NCBI GenBank assembly: GCA_963805975.1
Contig: CAWDVR010000001.1
Coordinates: forward strand, 448,001 to 512,000
Source of the DNA: an uncultured Acidobacteriota bacterium
Lineage (GTDB): Bacteria; Acidobacteriota; Thermoanaerobaculia; Multivoradales; SZUA-115
DNA: 64,000 nucleotides
Direction: 5' to 3'
Shown: positions 8,551-18,882 of the stretch, one piece after another
Layout: each line of letters begins with the position of its first letter
How positions within the stretch are numbered: the first letter of the stretch is position 1
Made by a program: the position numbers and the translations under genes
The notes under the pieces: model-generated
What the model saw: the letters and a program-made list of their open reading frames with translations, nothing else
Told to the model about the DNA's origin: nothing
The model's database searches: none

Positions 8551-9833
8551 GGCGGGCCGCCTTCGTAGCCGCCGCACTGCTGGCCCTGGTCCTGGCTCCG
8601 GCTCGGGCCCGGGCGGAGGCCGGCCGTTTCGCGGTCCGTGCCGCCCGGATGGTCGATCTCGAGGCCGGCCGCCTCGTCGGGCCGGTGGTCGTGGTGGTCC
8701 GGGGCGAGAGGATCGAGAGCGTCGCGGCAGGGGAGGCGGTGAAGCCTCCGGCCGGCCTCCGCGTGCTGGATCTCGGGGAGCGGACCCTGCTCCCCGGCCT
8801 GATCGATGCCCACGTCCACCTCGCCTGGGGCCCGCCTCCGGCTGGCGCGGCGTCGCAGGATCTGCCCGGCGCGGCCGAGGCCAGGACGACCCTCGAAGCC
8901 GGCTTCACCACGGTGCGCAACCTGGGCTCGACTGCCGAGGCCGACCTGCGGCTGCGCGACGCCATCGCGCGCGGTGACCTCCCAGGCCCGCGCATCCTGG
9001 CCGCGGGGCCCGCGCTGGGCCGGAAGGGAGGAGTCTGCGACACGGTCTTCGCCGGCGAGGGTGTGGTGGCGGGACCCAAGGAAGCGGCGCGGCGGACGGC
9101 CGAGATCCTGCGGCGCGGCGCGGACGTGATCAAGGTCTGCGCCGGCGGCGGGGTCCTCCCCGGCGCGGCGGACGAGGACGCCACCGAGCTCTCGCTTGAG
9201 GAGATCCGCGCCGTGGTCAGGACGGCCCACCGCCGGAGCAGGAAGGTCGCCGCCCATGCCCAGGGCCCGCGCGCCATGGCCAACGCCATCGCCGCCGGCG
9301 TCGACTCGATCGAGCACGGCGGCCTGCTGGACGCCGCGGTGATCCGCAGCCTGAAGGCCGAGCACGTCTTCCTGGTGCCGACTCTCTACCGGCTGGATTG
9401 GGTGGTGGAGCAGGCCGAGAAGAACGGCGCGCCGCCGGAACGGCTCGAGCGGCTCCGCGGCGGCCGGACGCTGGTGCGCGAGCACCTGCGGCAGGCGATC
9501 GCTGCCGGCGTGCCGATCGCGCTCGGCACGGATGCCACCGTGTATCCCCACGGCCTCAACGCGCGCGAGATCGGGGTCTACCTCGAGCTGGGGATGCGGC
9601 CGATCGACGCGCTGCGCGCCGCGACCGTGGACGCCGCCGAGCTGCTGGGCTGGTCGGGGCGGGTGGGGGAGGTCGCCCGCGGTGCCTTCGCCGACCTGAT
9701 CGCGGTGGACGGCGACCCGCTCGCCGACCTCGCGCTCCTCGAGCGGCCGGCCTGGGTGATGAAGGGCGGGACGGTGGTGAAGGATCTGTCTTCTCAGGCT
9801 ACCCGCGCCACCACCGCCACCGCCGTGCCGTAG
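8547..9833 (+). CDS. Exported metal-dependent amidohydrolase (Xaa-Pro dipeptidase-like); start uncertain, probably CTG
   Basis: [54 protein letters not shown]; a signal peptide begins at CTG 8547, overlapping the upstream TGA. Confidence 0.88.
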   Translation: MRRAAFVAAALLALVLAPARARAEAGRFAVRAARMVDLEAGRLVGPVVVVVRGERIESVAAGEAVKPPAGLRVLDLGERTLLPGLIDAHVHLAWGPPPAGAASQDLPGAAEARTTLEAGFTTVRNLGSTAEADLRLRDAIARGDLPGPRILAAGPALGRKGGVCDTVFAGEGVVAGPKEAARRTAEILRRGADVIKVCAGGGVLPGAADEDATELSLEEIRAVVRTAHRRSRKVAAHAQGPRAMANAIAAGVDSIEHGGLLDAAVIRSLKAEHVFLVPTLYRLDWVVEQAEKNGAPPERLERLRGGRTLVREHLRQAIAAGVPIALGTDATVYPHGLNAREIGVYLELGMRPIDALRAATVDAAELLGWSGRVGEVARGAFADLIAVDGDPLADLALLERPAWVMKGGTVVKDLSSQATRATTATAVP

Positions 9834-10129
9834 CACAGCACCTCGGTCACCCCGTCCATCACCTCGGTGGCGTCGTAGCGGATGCCGACGACCGCGTTGG
9901 CGCCCAGGGTCTGCGCCTGGGCGATCATCATCTCGAAGGCCTCCGAGCGAGTCTTCTCGCAGAGCTCGGTGAAGAGGGTGATATTGCCGCCGGCCAGCGT
10001 CTGCAAGGCGCCGCCGAGGGTGCCGAAGATCGAGCGCGAGCGCACGGTGATGCCGCGCACCACTCCGAGGTTGCGCTGTATCTGGAAGCCGTCCAGCGTG
10101 AAGGTTGTGGTGGTCATGGCCTGATCCAT
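9794..10129 (-). CDS. YbjQ/UPF0145 heavy-metal-binding family protein
   Basis: AGGAGG RBS; [32 protein letters not shown]. Confidence 0.92.
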   Translation of the reverse strand: MDQAMTTTTFTLDGFQIQRNLGVVRGITVRSRSIFGTLGGALQTLAGGNITLFTELCEKTRSEAFEMMIAQAQTLGANAVVGIRYDATEVMDGVTEVLCYGTAVAVVARVA

Positions 10130-10311
10130 GGGACCTCCTGGCAGGAAAGAGTTGGCGAGCACACTACGGGAGATCGAGGCCGCGGGTTGCGCCGGCGTCC
10201 TCTCGCCGGGGCGCCGAGTGCTTCCCCCGAAGGGCTGGGATGCTGTGGCAGCACCGTTCCTGCTAAACTTGGCGCTCCGCGGATCAACCATCACCACAGG
10301 GAGATTGCAGG

Positions 10312-11670
10312 ATGAGAAGTTCGCTCGTTGCTGGCTTGTCTATCGCTTGCCTCGCCATGGCGGCTCCGGCCTTCGGTGGGGCAGTGTACGTACCCTATGC
10401 GCTCGACGTGAGTGTCGGCGGCACCAACTACGAGACTCAGGTCTGGGCCTCGAACCGCGGCTCCGAGAATCGCCGCTTCCAGACCTATTTCATCGGCGCC
10501 GGCCAGAACGGCACGACGCGGGAAGACGCGACCTTCGGCAGCGTGGGCGTGCCGCCGGGCGCCACCGTGCTGCTCACCGGCGTGGCGCCGACCGACGCCG
10601 TGGGCATGCTGGAGATCAACGGTGCGCCGCAGGTGATGATCAGCGCCCGCATCGTGCCGGTGGGCCATGTGACGGCCTCGTTGGGCGCCAATCTGCCCGT
10701 GATCTCCTCGGAGAACCTCCTGGCCGCGGGGACCACCGTGCATCTCCAGGGGCTGTCGCGAAGCGGCGGGCAGGTGACGGACTTCGTGCTCGCCAACATT
10801 GCCAAGCAAGCTGCTTTCTGCTCGGTGTCGACCTTACGGGCCGATGGCACTTCCCTCGGTCCGGCGGCGCAGTTGACGGTCGCGCCGCTGTCCTTCAACC
10901 GCTATGCAGATTTCCTCGCCGCGCTCGGCCAGGGAGTCGTGAGCGGTGCCCGCCTGGTGGTGAGCTGCGACCAGACCTACTACGCCTACGCCGTGACCTT
11001 CGATACTCAGAACGCGGCCGTCAAGGTGGTGAGCCCGGCAGAGCTCCTGACCTCGGCGCTCGCTCCTCCGGGCACCACGCCGGGGCCGACGGGATGCCCC
11101 GCGGGCGCGATCTGTTTCAGCCGCCCCGGCACGTTCTTCACCCAGGTGCCGCCGGCGATCTTCAAGATCGAGTACTTCGACGTGCCGCCGGGCGTCTACC
11201 GCAAGGTCCACTTCCGTGTCGAGGTGTTCCACGGCGGCTGGGGCGTGCTCTCCGGCCCCGGCGGCCTGCACAGCCTGTTCTGGCTGGTGCGCGATCGCAA
11301 CTTCGACCTGCTGGGCTTCTCGGTGTTCAGGAAGCCGCCGCGCAACGACGTGATGTTCCGCCACGGCATCGGCATCGAGGCCACCCAGAAGCCCAAGATC
11401 TTCTTGCCGGTCGAAGGGGTCCCAGGTCATACCTACGCAATCGACTACACCTACGATATGGGCGCGGGCCGGCTCAACTACAAGATGATCGACCTGACCA
11501 CGGGCCAGGTGGTGGCCGACTACAGCGACGTGCCGAACGTCAACCAGCTCACCATGGCAGCCGGCCAGCGTCTGCGTGCCGACTTCGGCTTCGACGAAGG
11601 CAGGAACGAGAACGAAGACCCGGGCTACAACTGGAAGTACAGCAACCTGACGCTCGAGGTCTACCCGTAG
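10312..11670 (+). CDS. Secreted hypothetical beta-rich protein
   Basis: GGGAG RBS, signal peptide, typical codon usage, Pro/Thr linker before a C-terminal domain; no function recognised. Confidence 0.75.
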   Translation: MRSSLVAGLSIACLAMAAPAFGGAVYVPYALDVSVGGTNYETQVWASNRGSENRRFQTYFIGAGQNGTTREDATFGSVGVPPGATVLLTGVAPTDAVGMLEINGAPQVMISARIVPVGHVTASLGANLPVISSENLLAAGTTVHLQGLSRSGGQVTDFVLANIAKQAAFCSVSTLRADGTSLGPAAQLTVAPLSFNRYADFLAALGQGVVSGARLVVSCDQTYYAYAVTFDTQNAAVKVVSPAELLTSALAPPGTTPGPTGCPAGAICFSRPGTFFTQVPPAIFKIEYFDVPPGVYRKVHFRVEVFHGGWGVLSGPGGLHSLFWLVRDRNFDLLGFSVFRKPPRNDVMFRHGIGIEATQKPKIFLPVEGVPGHTYAIDYTYDMGAGRLNYKMIDLTTGQVVADYSDVPNVNQLTMAAGQRLRADFGFDEGRNENEDPGYNWKYSNLTLEVYP

Positions 11671-11710
11671 TCGGCAGAGAGTTTCGGAGGGCGGGGTCCG
11701 TCCGTTCACC

Positions 11711-12715
11711 ATGGTCCCAACGAGACCCCGGACGGCACCTCGGTCTCCGGCAAGCAGGGGCGCTTTGTGGCGCTCCTGTGGAGCTCTCCTTTGCGGCTTG
11801 GCCTGCCTGGCAGCCTGGTCTTTTCCCTGGCTACAGTCGTGGCTGCTGGGAGAGGCCGCCAGCCGCTTCTCCGCCGATGGCGCCATCACCCGGCACGGTG
11901 AGACGCTGCTGGCATTCTGCTGGTTTCTGGCGACCGGGCTCCTGGGCATGGCAGGGTTCGTTGCCTGGTTGCTGGCGAGGCCCGGTGGGGAAGAGGAGAT
12001 CAGGCGCTTGATCCGGGACGAGGTACGCCCCCTCGCCGAAGGCGCCAGCCCTGGCTATCGCCTGCTCGCGGCGAGCGCCGGCCTGGCGCTGGGAACCGTC
12101 GTGCTGGGCCTGGCCCTCGGGCGCCGGCGGTGGCTCTTCGTCGAAGACGGCCCCGTCGAGCTCGCCCAAGTGCTCCTGCTCGGCGCCGCCACGGCGCTCT
12201 TCGGCGGCGTCACGGTGCTCTCGGCCGGACCTCGGCGGTGGCCCGCGGGGTGCCTCGCCGGCGGCTCCCTCCTGTGGCTTGGCGAGGAGATCAGCTGGGG
12301 GCAGCGGATCTTCGGCTGGCGCACTCCGGCGGGCTGGGCGAGCCTCAACCTCCAGCAGGAAACCAACCTCCACAACCTGGTCCCGCCCTGGCCGATCGAG
12401 CTGCACAACCTGCTGCCCTGGTCGGCGCTGGTGCTGCTCGTGGCGTCGTTCGCGCTCCGCTGGCGGTCGGGCGCGGGGCGGTCGACCGTGCCCGGCGCCC
12501 TGGTGAGGTGCCTGCCTCCGGTGTCGCTCCTGCCGCTCGCGGTGGCCGCGCTCGCCTGCCAGGGCCTTCGTCTGACCGGTCGAGTTCGCTCAGCCGAGAT
12601 GGAGGAGCTGGTGCTTTGCTGCTTTGCTCTGCTGTGGGCCGTTGCGATGTACCGGGCGCCGCGACCGGTTGCCGTTCAGAAGTCCTCCTGTCCCCGGACC
12701 AGGCCCGCGAGATAG
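11711..12715 (+). CDS. Multi-pass membrane protein with EEISWGQR / QETNLHN motifs
   Basis: EDGPVELAQ, GEEISWGQRIFG, NLQQETNLHN and several TM segments. Confidence 0.75.
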   Translation: MVPTRPRTAPRSPASRGALWRSCGALLCGLACLAAWSFPWLQSWLLGEAASRFSADGAITRHGETLLAFCWFLATGLLGMAGFVAWLLARPGGEEEIRRLIRDEVRPLAEGASPGYRLLAASAGLALGTVVLGLALGRRRWLFVEDGPVELAQVLLLGAATALFGGVTVLSAGPRRWPAGCLAGGSLLWLGEEISWGQRIFGWRTPAGWASLNLQQETNLHNLVPPWPIELHNLLPWSALVLLVASFALRWRSGAGRSTVPGALVRCLPPVSLLPLAVAALACQGLRLTGRVRSAEMEELVLCCFALLWAVAMYRAPRPVAVQKSSCPRTRPAR

Positions 12716-13548
12716 TTCCAGCGGAAACCGAGGTCCCAGAGCGTCTCTCGCTGCCACCGGCAGGGCAGCAGGCTCAGCAGAGTGACGGTGGCCGCCGCCA
12801 CCATCGGCCGTGTGACCAGAGGCAGGGCCAGCTCCGGGTGCCGGCGGGCGGCGTACCGTGCGGCCCGTCCCGAGGCGCGGGCGCGCCGGCGGTAGTCGCC
12901 AGGGCCCTCGTAGAGGTGGTCGTGGTAGACCTCGGCCGAGGCGAGGTAGCGCAACGGCCGGCCGCGCCGGTGCTGGCGAAAGCCCCACTCGATGTCTTCG
13001 AGCGCGGGAAGCGAGAGTCTGGGGTCGAAGGGCTCCTCCTCGAACCACGACCTGGGCACGCCCAGGTGAGCGCCCCAGCAGGCGTCCCACGGCGCAGGCC
13101 CCCCGGGCACGAGGCGGCTGAAATTGAACTGATGCCCGGCCGGCGAGAGCCACGTCATGTAGCGGGTCAAGGTGCGCTCCGGGTCCCACTCCACATGGCC
13201 GATGTGGATCGCCTCACCGGTCACCGCCAGCGCCTGCCAATGCGCCAGCAAGCAGCACTCGTCGGGCCGAGTGTCGTCGTTGAGGAAGAGCAGATAGGGA
13301 GCCTGGGCCCGCGACGCCCCGAGGTTCTTGGCCGGGCCGGTGCCCCCGGCGGGTTGGGAGACGACGTGCACGGGAAAAGGCCAACCCCTTTCGGCCACCG
13401 CCCGTGAGGGCGGCTGGTCCCCGTCCAAAGCCACGATGACCTCGAACGGCGGTGTCGCCGGATCTAGCTTGGCGTAGGCCGCGAGCGACCGCGCGAGGTG
13501 GCAGGGCCGGCCCACAGTGGCGATCACCACCGAGATCACGGGCTTCAA
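12676..13548 (-). CDS. Family 2 glycosyltransferase
   Basis: ISVVIAT, FEVIVALDG, LLFLNDD, LEDIEWGFR; TTG start with AGGAG. Confidence 0.88.
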   Translation of the reverse strand: MKPVISVVIATVGRPCHLARSLAAYAKLDPATPPFEVIVALDGDQPPSRAVAERGWPFPVHVVSQPAGGTGPAKNLGASRAQAPYLLFLNDDTRPDECCLLAHWQALAVTGEAIHIGHVEWDPERTLTRYMTWLSPAGHQFNFSRLVPGGPAPWDACWGAHLGVPRSWFEEEPFDPRLSLPALEDIEWGFRQHRRGRPLRYLASAEVYHDHLYEGPGDYRRRARASGRAARYAARRHPELALPLVTRPMVAAATVTLLSLLPCRWQRETLWDLGFRWNYLAGLVRGQEDF

Positions 13549-13579
13549 GCGAAGCGCTCCTGAGGCCTGGAGGCTTCGG

Positions 13580-14215
13580 TCATCCCGTCCTCACCACCCA
13601 GGTAGTCATTGCCCGGAGGCCGTCGACCACTGTGGTCTTGATCGGCTCGAGGAGCTGGCCTCCGACGAGCTCGGTGAAGCGCAGCAGGAGGTCGCGGTCC
13701 ACTAGGAAGCGGACGCTGCCCTCGGGCTGCTTGAAGCGCCGGCCGCCGCGCGGCTCGAGCCGGTCCTCCATGCCGATGGTGGAGCCCAGGCGCACGAAGA
13801 GCATGCCGCCGGGTGTCAGCACCCGGCCCATCTCGGCCACCATGCGCGTCGCGTGCTCCTCGTCGCTCGCGAAGTGGAGGACGGCCGAGGAGACCACCAC
13901 GTCGAAGTAGGAATCGGGGAAGGACATGGCCTCGACCGGCTCGTGGCGGAAGTTCTCCGCCGGCAGGCGGGGCGCGAGCCGCGCGGCGAGGCGGCGCGTC
14001 TCCTCGACCGCCTCGCCCGAGCGGTCCGTGCCGTAGATCTCCACCCCGGAGCGCAGCAGATAGGCGAGGTTGCGGCCGGAGCCGCAGCCGGCGTCCAGCA
14101 GGCGGTCCTCCGCCCGGATGCGGCCTTTCAGGAGCTGGTCGAAGAGGTAGATGTCGAGGTCGCCGAACTCCTCGCGAAGCTCGGTGAGCGAGGGTGGGCT
14201 CACGGGTTCGCTCAC
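13580..14215 (-). CDS. Class I SAM-dependent methyltransferase
   Basis: DIYLFDQLLKGRI, LLDAGCGSGRN, FDVVVSSAVLHFA, VLTPGG; start approximate. Confidence 0.88.
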   Translation of the reverse strand: MSEPVSPPSLTELREEFGDLDIYLFDQLLKGRIRAEDRLLDAGCGSGRNLAYLLRSGVEIYGTDRSGEAVEETRRLAARLAPRLPAENFRHEPVEAMSFPDSYFDVVVSSAVLHFASDEEHATRMVAEMGRVLTPGGMLFVRLGSTIGMEDRLEPRGGRRFKQPEGSVRFLVDRDLLLRFTELVGGQLLEPIKTTVVDGLRAMTTWVVRTG

Positions 14216-14463
14216 GCAAAGATGCGCCGGGCCCGCTGGCCGGCCTCGGGGTGCGTGTTCAGCATGGCAAGGGCCTGCCGGTTTGCCCAGGCGTCGTAGG
14301 TGAAAAGACGTTCGAGGTGAGAGCCCATTCTCGTCTCCTGTTGTAGCCATGGATCGATTCCAGAGGCTCCTTTCGCAAGTCCTTGCCACGGTAAGGTTGC
14401 TGGGCTACTCTATGGGCTGTCCATAAACTGTAGACGGTAGTCGAAGTCTGGAGGATCTGAGCC

Positions 14464-17400
14464 ATGGCGCGTGTCCGCCGCAGCCGTACGGTACTCGGTG
14501 CTTGGGTACTGATCTGCCTTCTCAGCGTTACACTCACCGGAGCGCAGGTCTTCGCGGCCGGGTTCAAGATCACCGAGATCGTGCCTTCCGGTGAGGTCAA
14601 GGGCGTTGGGTCCACCGGGGCCCCCGGAAGCAGTCCCACTGCCGTCTTCACGCCGCTCGGCCAGACCTTCGCCGGCGAGACCGAGCCCAACGGCACGTCG
14701 GCAACCGCGACGCCGATCGTCGGCACCAACGTGGTCATCAAGGCGAACATCGTCCCCAATGCCGACCAGGACTTCTACAGCTTCACCGCGGCGGCGGGGG
14801 ACCGGGTCTACGCCGCCACCCAGACCTCCCACTCGGGCAGCGCCTCGACGGACAGCATCCTCGAGCTCTTCCAATCGGACGGCACGACCCTGATCGAGGG
14901 CGACGAGGACGACGGCAGCTTCGGCACGCTTTCCTCCAGCATCGCCAACGTGACGATCCCGAGCGCCGGCACATTCTTCCTTCGCGTGCGGCACAACTCG
15001 GCGACCGTGCAGCTCCGGCCCTACTACCTTCACTTCCAGCTCCGCAGCGGCACCCCCACGCCCGAGACCGAGAGCAACGACACCTTCCCCGGCCAGGCCC
15101 TGCCGGCGGGCGGCTGGGTCAGCGGCTCGACCAGCGCGCTGGCCGACATTGACTTCTTCTCGCTCTCCCTCAATGCCGGCGACACCGTGTACCTCTCCCT
15201 GGACCTCGACCCCGAGCGCAACGGCGACTGGAACGGCCAGCTCGGCCTGGGGACCTTCGGCACCCCGCCGCTGATCCTGGTGGTCAACGACTCCGGCGCC
15301 GGGTTCGCCCCCTTCACGGCCCCGGACTCCGAGGCCTACTTCATGACCGTGAAGACCACCGGCACCTATGCGGTTCTGGTCAACGTCCCGACCGGCGGCA
15401 CGACGTTCGGCACCTACACCCTGAGCGTCAGCGTCCATCCGAACACCACCGAAGGCGTCAACTGCACCACCTACACCTCGACCGACGTGCCCAAGGCGAT
15501 CCCCGACGCCGGCGCCGCCGTCACCTCGGTCCTCACGGTTCCCGGCAACCCCAGGATCGCCGACATCGACGTCTCCGTGGCCGGCACCCACACGTTCATG
15601 GCGGACCTCGACTTCCACCTGATCTCGCCGGCCGGTAACGACAACGGCCTCTTCACCGACGTCTTCAATGCCACCACCGGCGGCCAGTCGTCGCTGGACG
15701 TGACGATCGACGACGAGGCCGGTACGCCACCCTCGTTCCAGGTCTCGGCCGGCATGGTCCACCAGCCGGAGCTCAACTACCGGCTCTCCTGGCTGGACGG
15801 TGAGAACGCCGGTGGCACCTGGACGCTCTCCATCCGCGACGACGTCTCGGTCGACACCGGCACGCTCACCGGCTGGAGCCTGACCATCTGCGAGCCCGCT
15901 CCGGCGCCGGCCTGCGCCCCGGGCTTCGCGCCGCAGACCGTGTTCTCGACCGACTTCGAATCCGGCGCCGCCGGCTTCACTCACTCTGGCGCGCAGGACG
16001 AGTGGGAGCTCGGCCTGCCGGCGACCGCCGCCACCACCCTCGCCAACCCGGTGGCCGCGTTCACCACCTGCAACAGCGGCACGAGCTGCTGGAAGACGGA
16101 CCTCGACAACACCTACAACGCGAGCAGCAACCAGGACCTCCTGTCGCCTGCCATCAATCTGGCGGGCCTCTCGGCGCCGGTGGTGATCAACTGGGCGCAC
16201 CGCTATCAGATGGACACGGCCACCAACGACCATTACACAGTGAGCCTCCAGCCGGTGGCCACCCCGGCCTCGGCCGTGCGCCTCTTCGAGTTCCTGGACG
16301 CCGTGATGACCGACGCCGTGGGCACGCCGGTGGCCAACATCGGCGCCAGCGCCGGCTGGGGCAACGTCAGGGCGCGCGCCGATGCACTGGCCGGCCAGAA
16401 CACCGAGCTGGTCTTCCATCTGGACAGCGGCACTGGCACCACCAACTTCGGCGGCGCGGCGATCGACGACGTGACGGTCACCGCCTGCCGGGCGCTCTCC
16501 GCCGACCTCTCGATCACCAAGACTGATGGCGTCACCACCGCGGTGCCGGGCGGCTCGGTGACCTACACGATCACGGCCTCGAACGCCGGCGTGGACCCGG
16601 TGACCGGCGCCACCGTGGCGGACACCTTCCCGGCCTCGCTCACCTGCACCTGGACCTGCGTGGGCGCGGGCGGCGGCACGTGCACGGCGGCCGGCTCCGG
16701 CAACATCAACGACTCGGTCAACCTGCCCTCCGGCGGCTCGGTGACCTACACCGCCTCCTGCACTATCTCGGCCAGTGCCACCGGTACGCTCTCCAACACG
16801 GCGACCGTGTCGAGCAGCGTCGCCGATCCGGTCCCCGGCAACAACAGCGCCACCGATACCGACACGCTGACGCCGCAGGCCGACCTCGCGGTCACCAAGA
16901 CCGACGGCGTGACCTCGGTTGGCCCCGGCGGCTCCCTGACCTACACCATCGTGGCCTCGAACCCGGGTCCGTCGAACGCGACTGGTGCAACGGTTGCGGA
17001 CACCTTCCCGGCCTCGCTCACCTGCACCTGGACCTGCGTGGGCGCGGGCGGCGGCACCTGCACGGCGGCGGGCGCCGGCAACATCAACGACACCGTCAAC
17101 TTGCCCTCCGGCGGCTCGGTGACCTTCACCGCGAGCTGCACGGTCTCGCCCTCGGCCGCCGGGTCGATCTCCAACACTGCGACCGTCGCGGCCCCGGCCG
17201 GCGTGACCGATCCCAACCCGGGAAACAACTCGGCGACCGACACCGACACCGTGGCGCAGTCGGCTGACATCGCGGTCACCAAGACGGACGGCGTGACGAC
17301 CGCGGTGCCCGGCCAGACCACGACCTACTCCATCGTGGTCTCGAACTCCGGCCCGAGCAGCGCGCCGGCCGTGCTCGTCACGGACAGCTTCCCGGCAGCC

Positions 17401-18612
17401 TGCACCACCGTCAACTACACCAGCGCCGCAGCGGGTGGGGCCACCGGCAACACCGCGGCGGGTTCCGGCAACATCAGCGACACTCTGAACATGCCGTCCG
17501 GCAGCTCGGTGACCTACTCCGCGGTGTGCTCGATCAGCGCGACGGCCACGGGTACCCTCAGCAACACCGCCTCGGCCAGCATCAGCGCGCCGCCGGTTCC
17601 GGCCGGAGGCGGAGGTGGCGTGACCGACCCGAACCCCGGCAACAACTCGGCGACGGACGTCGACACGCTCGCGCCGCAGGCGAACCTGTCGATCACCAAG
17701 ACCGACGGGCTGACCAACGCGACGGCCGGCCAGGCGATCACCTACACCATCGTGGCCTCGAATCCCGGCGGGCCGAGCGCCGCGCCGGGGACCACGGTGG
17801 CGGACACCTTCCCGGCGGCTCTCACCGGCGTCACCTGGACCTGCGTGGGCGCGGGCGGTGGCACCTGCACCGCGGCCGGGGCCGGCAACATCAACGACGT
17901 GGTGAACCTGCCCGCCGGCGGCTCGGTGACCTACACGGTCAACGCCACGATCAGCGGCGCGTTCAGCGGCACGCTCTCCAACACGGCCACGGTCTCGGCC
18001 GCGGCGGGAGTCACCGATCCGGTGGGCGGCAACAACTCCGCCACCGACACCACCACGGTGGGGGCGGCGGGCGCTCCCGCGGTGACCGGCACCAAGGAGG
18101 TCTCCGGTGACCTCTCGCCGGGCGGCGCGATCACCTACACCATCGTGCTCACCAACAGCGGTGGCGCGGCGCAGGGCGACAACCCCGGCGACGAGTTCTC
18201 GGACCTGCTGCCGGCGCAGCTGACCCTGGTCTCCGCCTCCGCCACCAGCGGCACGGCGGTGGCCAACGTCGGCCTCAACACGGTGACCTGGAATGGCTCG
18301 ATCCCGGCCTCCGGCGGCACCGTGACCATCACCATCAACGCCACCGTCAACCCGGACGCCACCGGCACGGTCTCCAACCAGGGTGTTATCTCCTACGACA
18401 CAGACGGCGACGGCATCAACGACGGGACGAACCAGACCGACGACCCGAGCGAGGACGGCGCCGCCGACCCGACCGTGTTCGCGGTCGGCGGGCAGGGACC
18501 GAGCGCGATCGAGATCCCGACTCTCGACACCATGGGGCTCCTGCTCCTGGTGCTGGCGCTGGCCGGCTCGGCGTGGCTGGTACTGCGGCGGCGAGTGCGC
18601 GGGGCGGCGTAG
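14464..18612 (+). CDS. Large surface protein: PPC-like domains, proprotein-convertase P-domain, 5 DUF11-type repeats, IPTL-CTERM sorting signal
   Basis: ETEPNG/ETESND..DFYSF repeats; HTFMADL..GTWTLSIRD..GTLTGWSL; ADLSITKTDG...NNSATDTD repeats; C-terminal IPTLDTMGLLLLVLALAGSAWLVLRRR. Confidence 0.9.
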   Translation: MARVRRSRTVLGAWVLICLLSVTLTGAQVFAAGFKITEIVPSGEVKGVGSTGAPGSSPTAVFTPLGQTFAGETEPNGTSATATPIVGTNVVIKANIVPNADQDFYSFTAAAGDRVYAATQTSHSGSASTDSILELFQSDGTTLIEGDEDDGSFGTLSSSIANVTIPSAGTFFLRVRHNSATVQLRPYYLHFQLRSGTPTPETESNDTFPGQALPAGGWVSGSTSALADIDFFSLSLNAGDTVYLSLDLDPERNGDWNGQLGLGTFGTPPLILVVNDSGAGFAPFTAPDSEAYFMTVKTTGTYAVLVNVPTGGTTFGTYTLSVSVHPNTTEGVNCTTYTSTDVPKAIPDAGAAVTSVLTVPGNPRIADIDVSVAGTHTFMADLDFHLISPAGNDNGLFTDVFNATTGGQSSLDVTIDDEAGTPPSFQVSAGMVHQPELNYRLSWLDGENAGGTWTLSIRDDVSVDTGTLTGWSLTICEPAPAPACAPGFAPQTVFSTDFESGAAGFTHSGAQDEWELGLPATAATTLANPVAAFTTCNSGTSCWKTDLDNTYNASSNQDLLSPAINLAGLSAPVVINWAHRYQMDTATNDHYTVSLQPVATPASAVRLFEFLDAVMTDAVGTPVANIGASAGWGNVRARADALAGQNTELVFHLDSGTGTTNFGGAAIDDVTVTACRALSADLSITKTDGVTTAVPGGSVTYTITASNAGVDPVTGATVADTFPASLTCTWTCVGAGGGTCTAAGSGNINDSVNLPSGGSVTYTASCTISASATGTLSNTATVSSSVADPVPGNNSATDTDTLTPQADLAVTKTDGVTSVGPGGSLTYTIVASNPGPSNATGATVADTFPASLTCTWTCVGAGGGTCTAAGAGNINDTVNLPSGGSVTFTASCTVSPSAAGSISNTATVAAPAGVTDPNPGNNSATDTDTVAQSADIAVTKTDGVTTAVPGQTTTYSIVVSNSGPSSAPAVLVTDSFPAACTTVNYTSAAAGGATGNTAAGSGNISDTLNMPSGSSVTYSAVCSISATATGTLSNTASASISAPPVPAGGGGGVTDPNPGNNSATDVDTLAPQANLSITKTDGLTNATAGQAITYTIVASNPGGPSAAPGTTVADTFPAALTGVTWTCVGAGGGTCTAAGAGNINDVVNLPAGGSVTYTVNATISGAFSGTLSNTATVSAAAGVTDPVGGNNSATDTTTVGAAGAPAVTGTKEVSGDLSPGGAITYTIVLTNSGGAAQGDNPGDEFSDLLPAQLTLVSASATSGTAVANVGLNTVTWNGSIPASGGTVTITINATVNPDATGTVSNQGVISYDTDGDGINDGTNQTDDPSEDGAADPTVFAVGGQGPSAIEIPTLDTMGLLLLVLALAGSAWLVLRRRVRGAA
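16501..18480 (+). repeat. Five tandem DUF11-type coding repeats
   Basis: Repeat starts near 16501, 16879, 17263, 17680 and 18076; a 59-nt block is identical at 16621-16679 and 16999-17057. Confidence 0.85.
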
Positions 18613-18660
18613 CAGGCAGGCAAGGCGGCGCTCGCGGGCGCCGCTCGGGTCCTCGAATGG

Positions 18661-18686
18661 AAGGGCGGTCCTCGGGCCGCCCTTTT
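18661..18686 (+). terminator. Intrinsic terminator after the surface protein
   Basis: AAGGGCGGTCC-TC-GGGCCGCCCTT followed by T residues. Confidence 0.75.
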
Positions 18687-18821
18687 CGTTATGACGAGCG
18701 CCAGGGACTCCCGAGAGAGAAAGCAGCGTCTGCAGCCCCCAGGCCTCGGCGACGACGGGAGCGGCGCTCCGGGTCGACGGCGGAGTGGTGCGGGCGATCG
18801 CGTGAAGGTGGTACCACTGGA

Positions 18822-18856
18822 GTGAAGAAGAGAGGGCGGCCCCAGGGGCCGCCCTC
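18822..18856 (-). terminator. Intrinsic terminator after the M6 protease
   Basis: GAGGGCGGCCCC/GGGGCCGCCCTC hairpin (18832-18856) followed by a TC-rich tract on the minus strand. Confidence 0.65.
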
Positions 18857-18882
18857 GGTCTGCCAGTCAGTCGGTAAAGCAG

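Noticed and set aside
9794-9833. 40-bp convergent overlaps (amidohydrolase/YbjQ; also 12676-12715)
   Set aside because: Consistent with ordinary stop-codon drift in a GC-rich genome
14260-14400. c-di-GMP riboswitch (GGCAAACC on the minus strand) or sigma54 site before the flanking genes
   Set aside because: The rest of the riboswitch consensus is missing; TGGCAA...TTGC has N9 rather than N10 spacing
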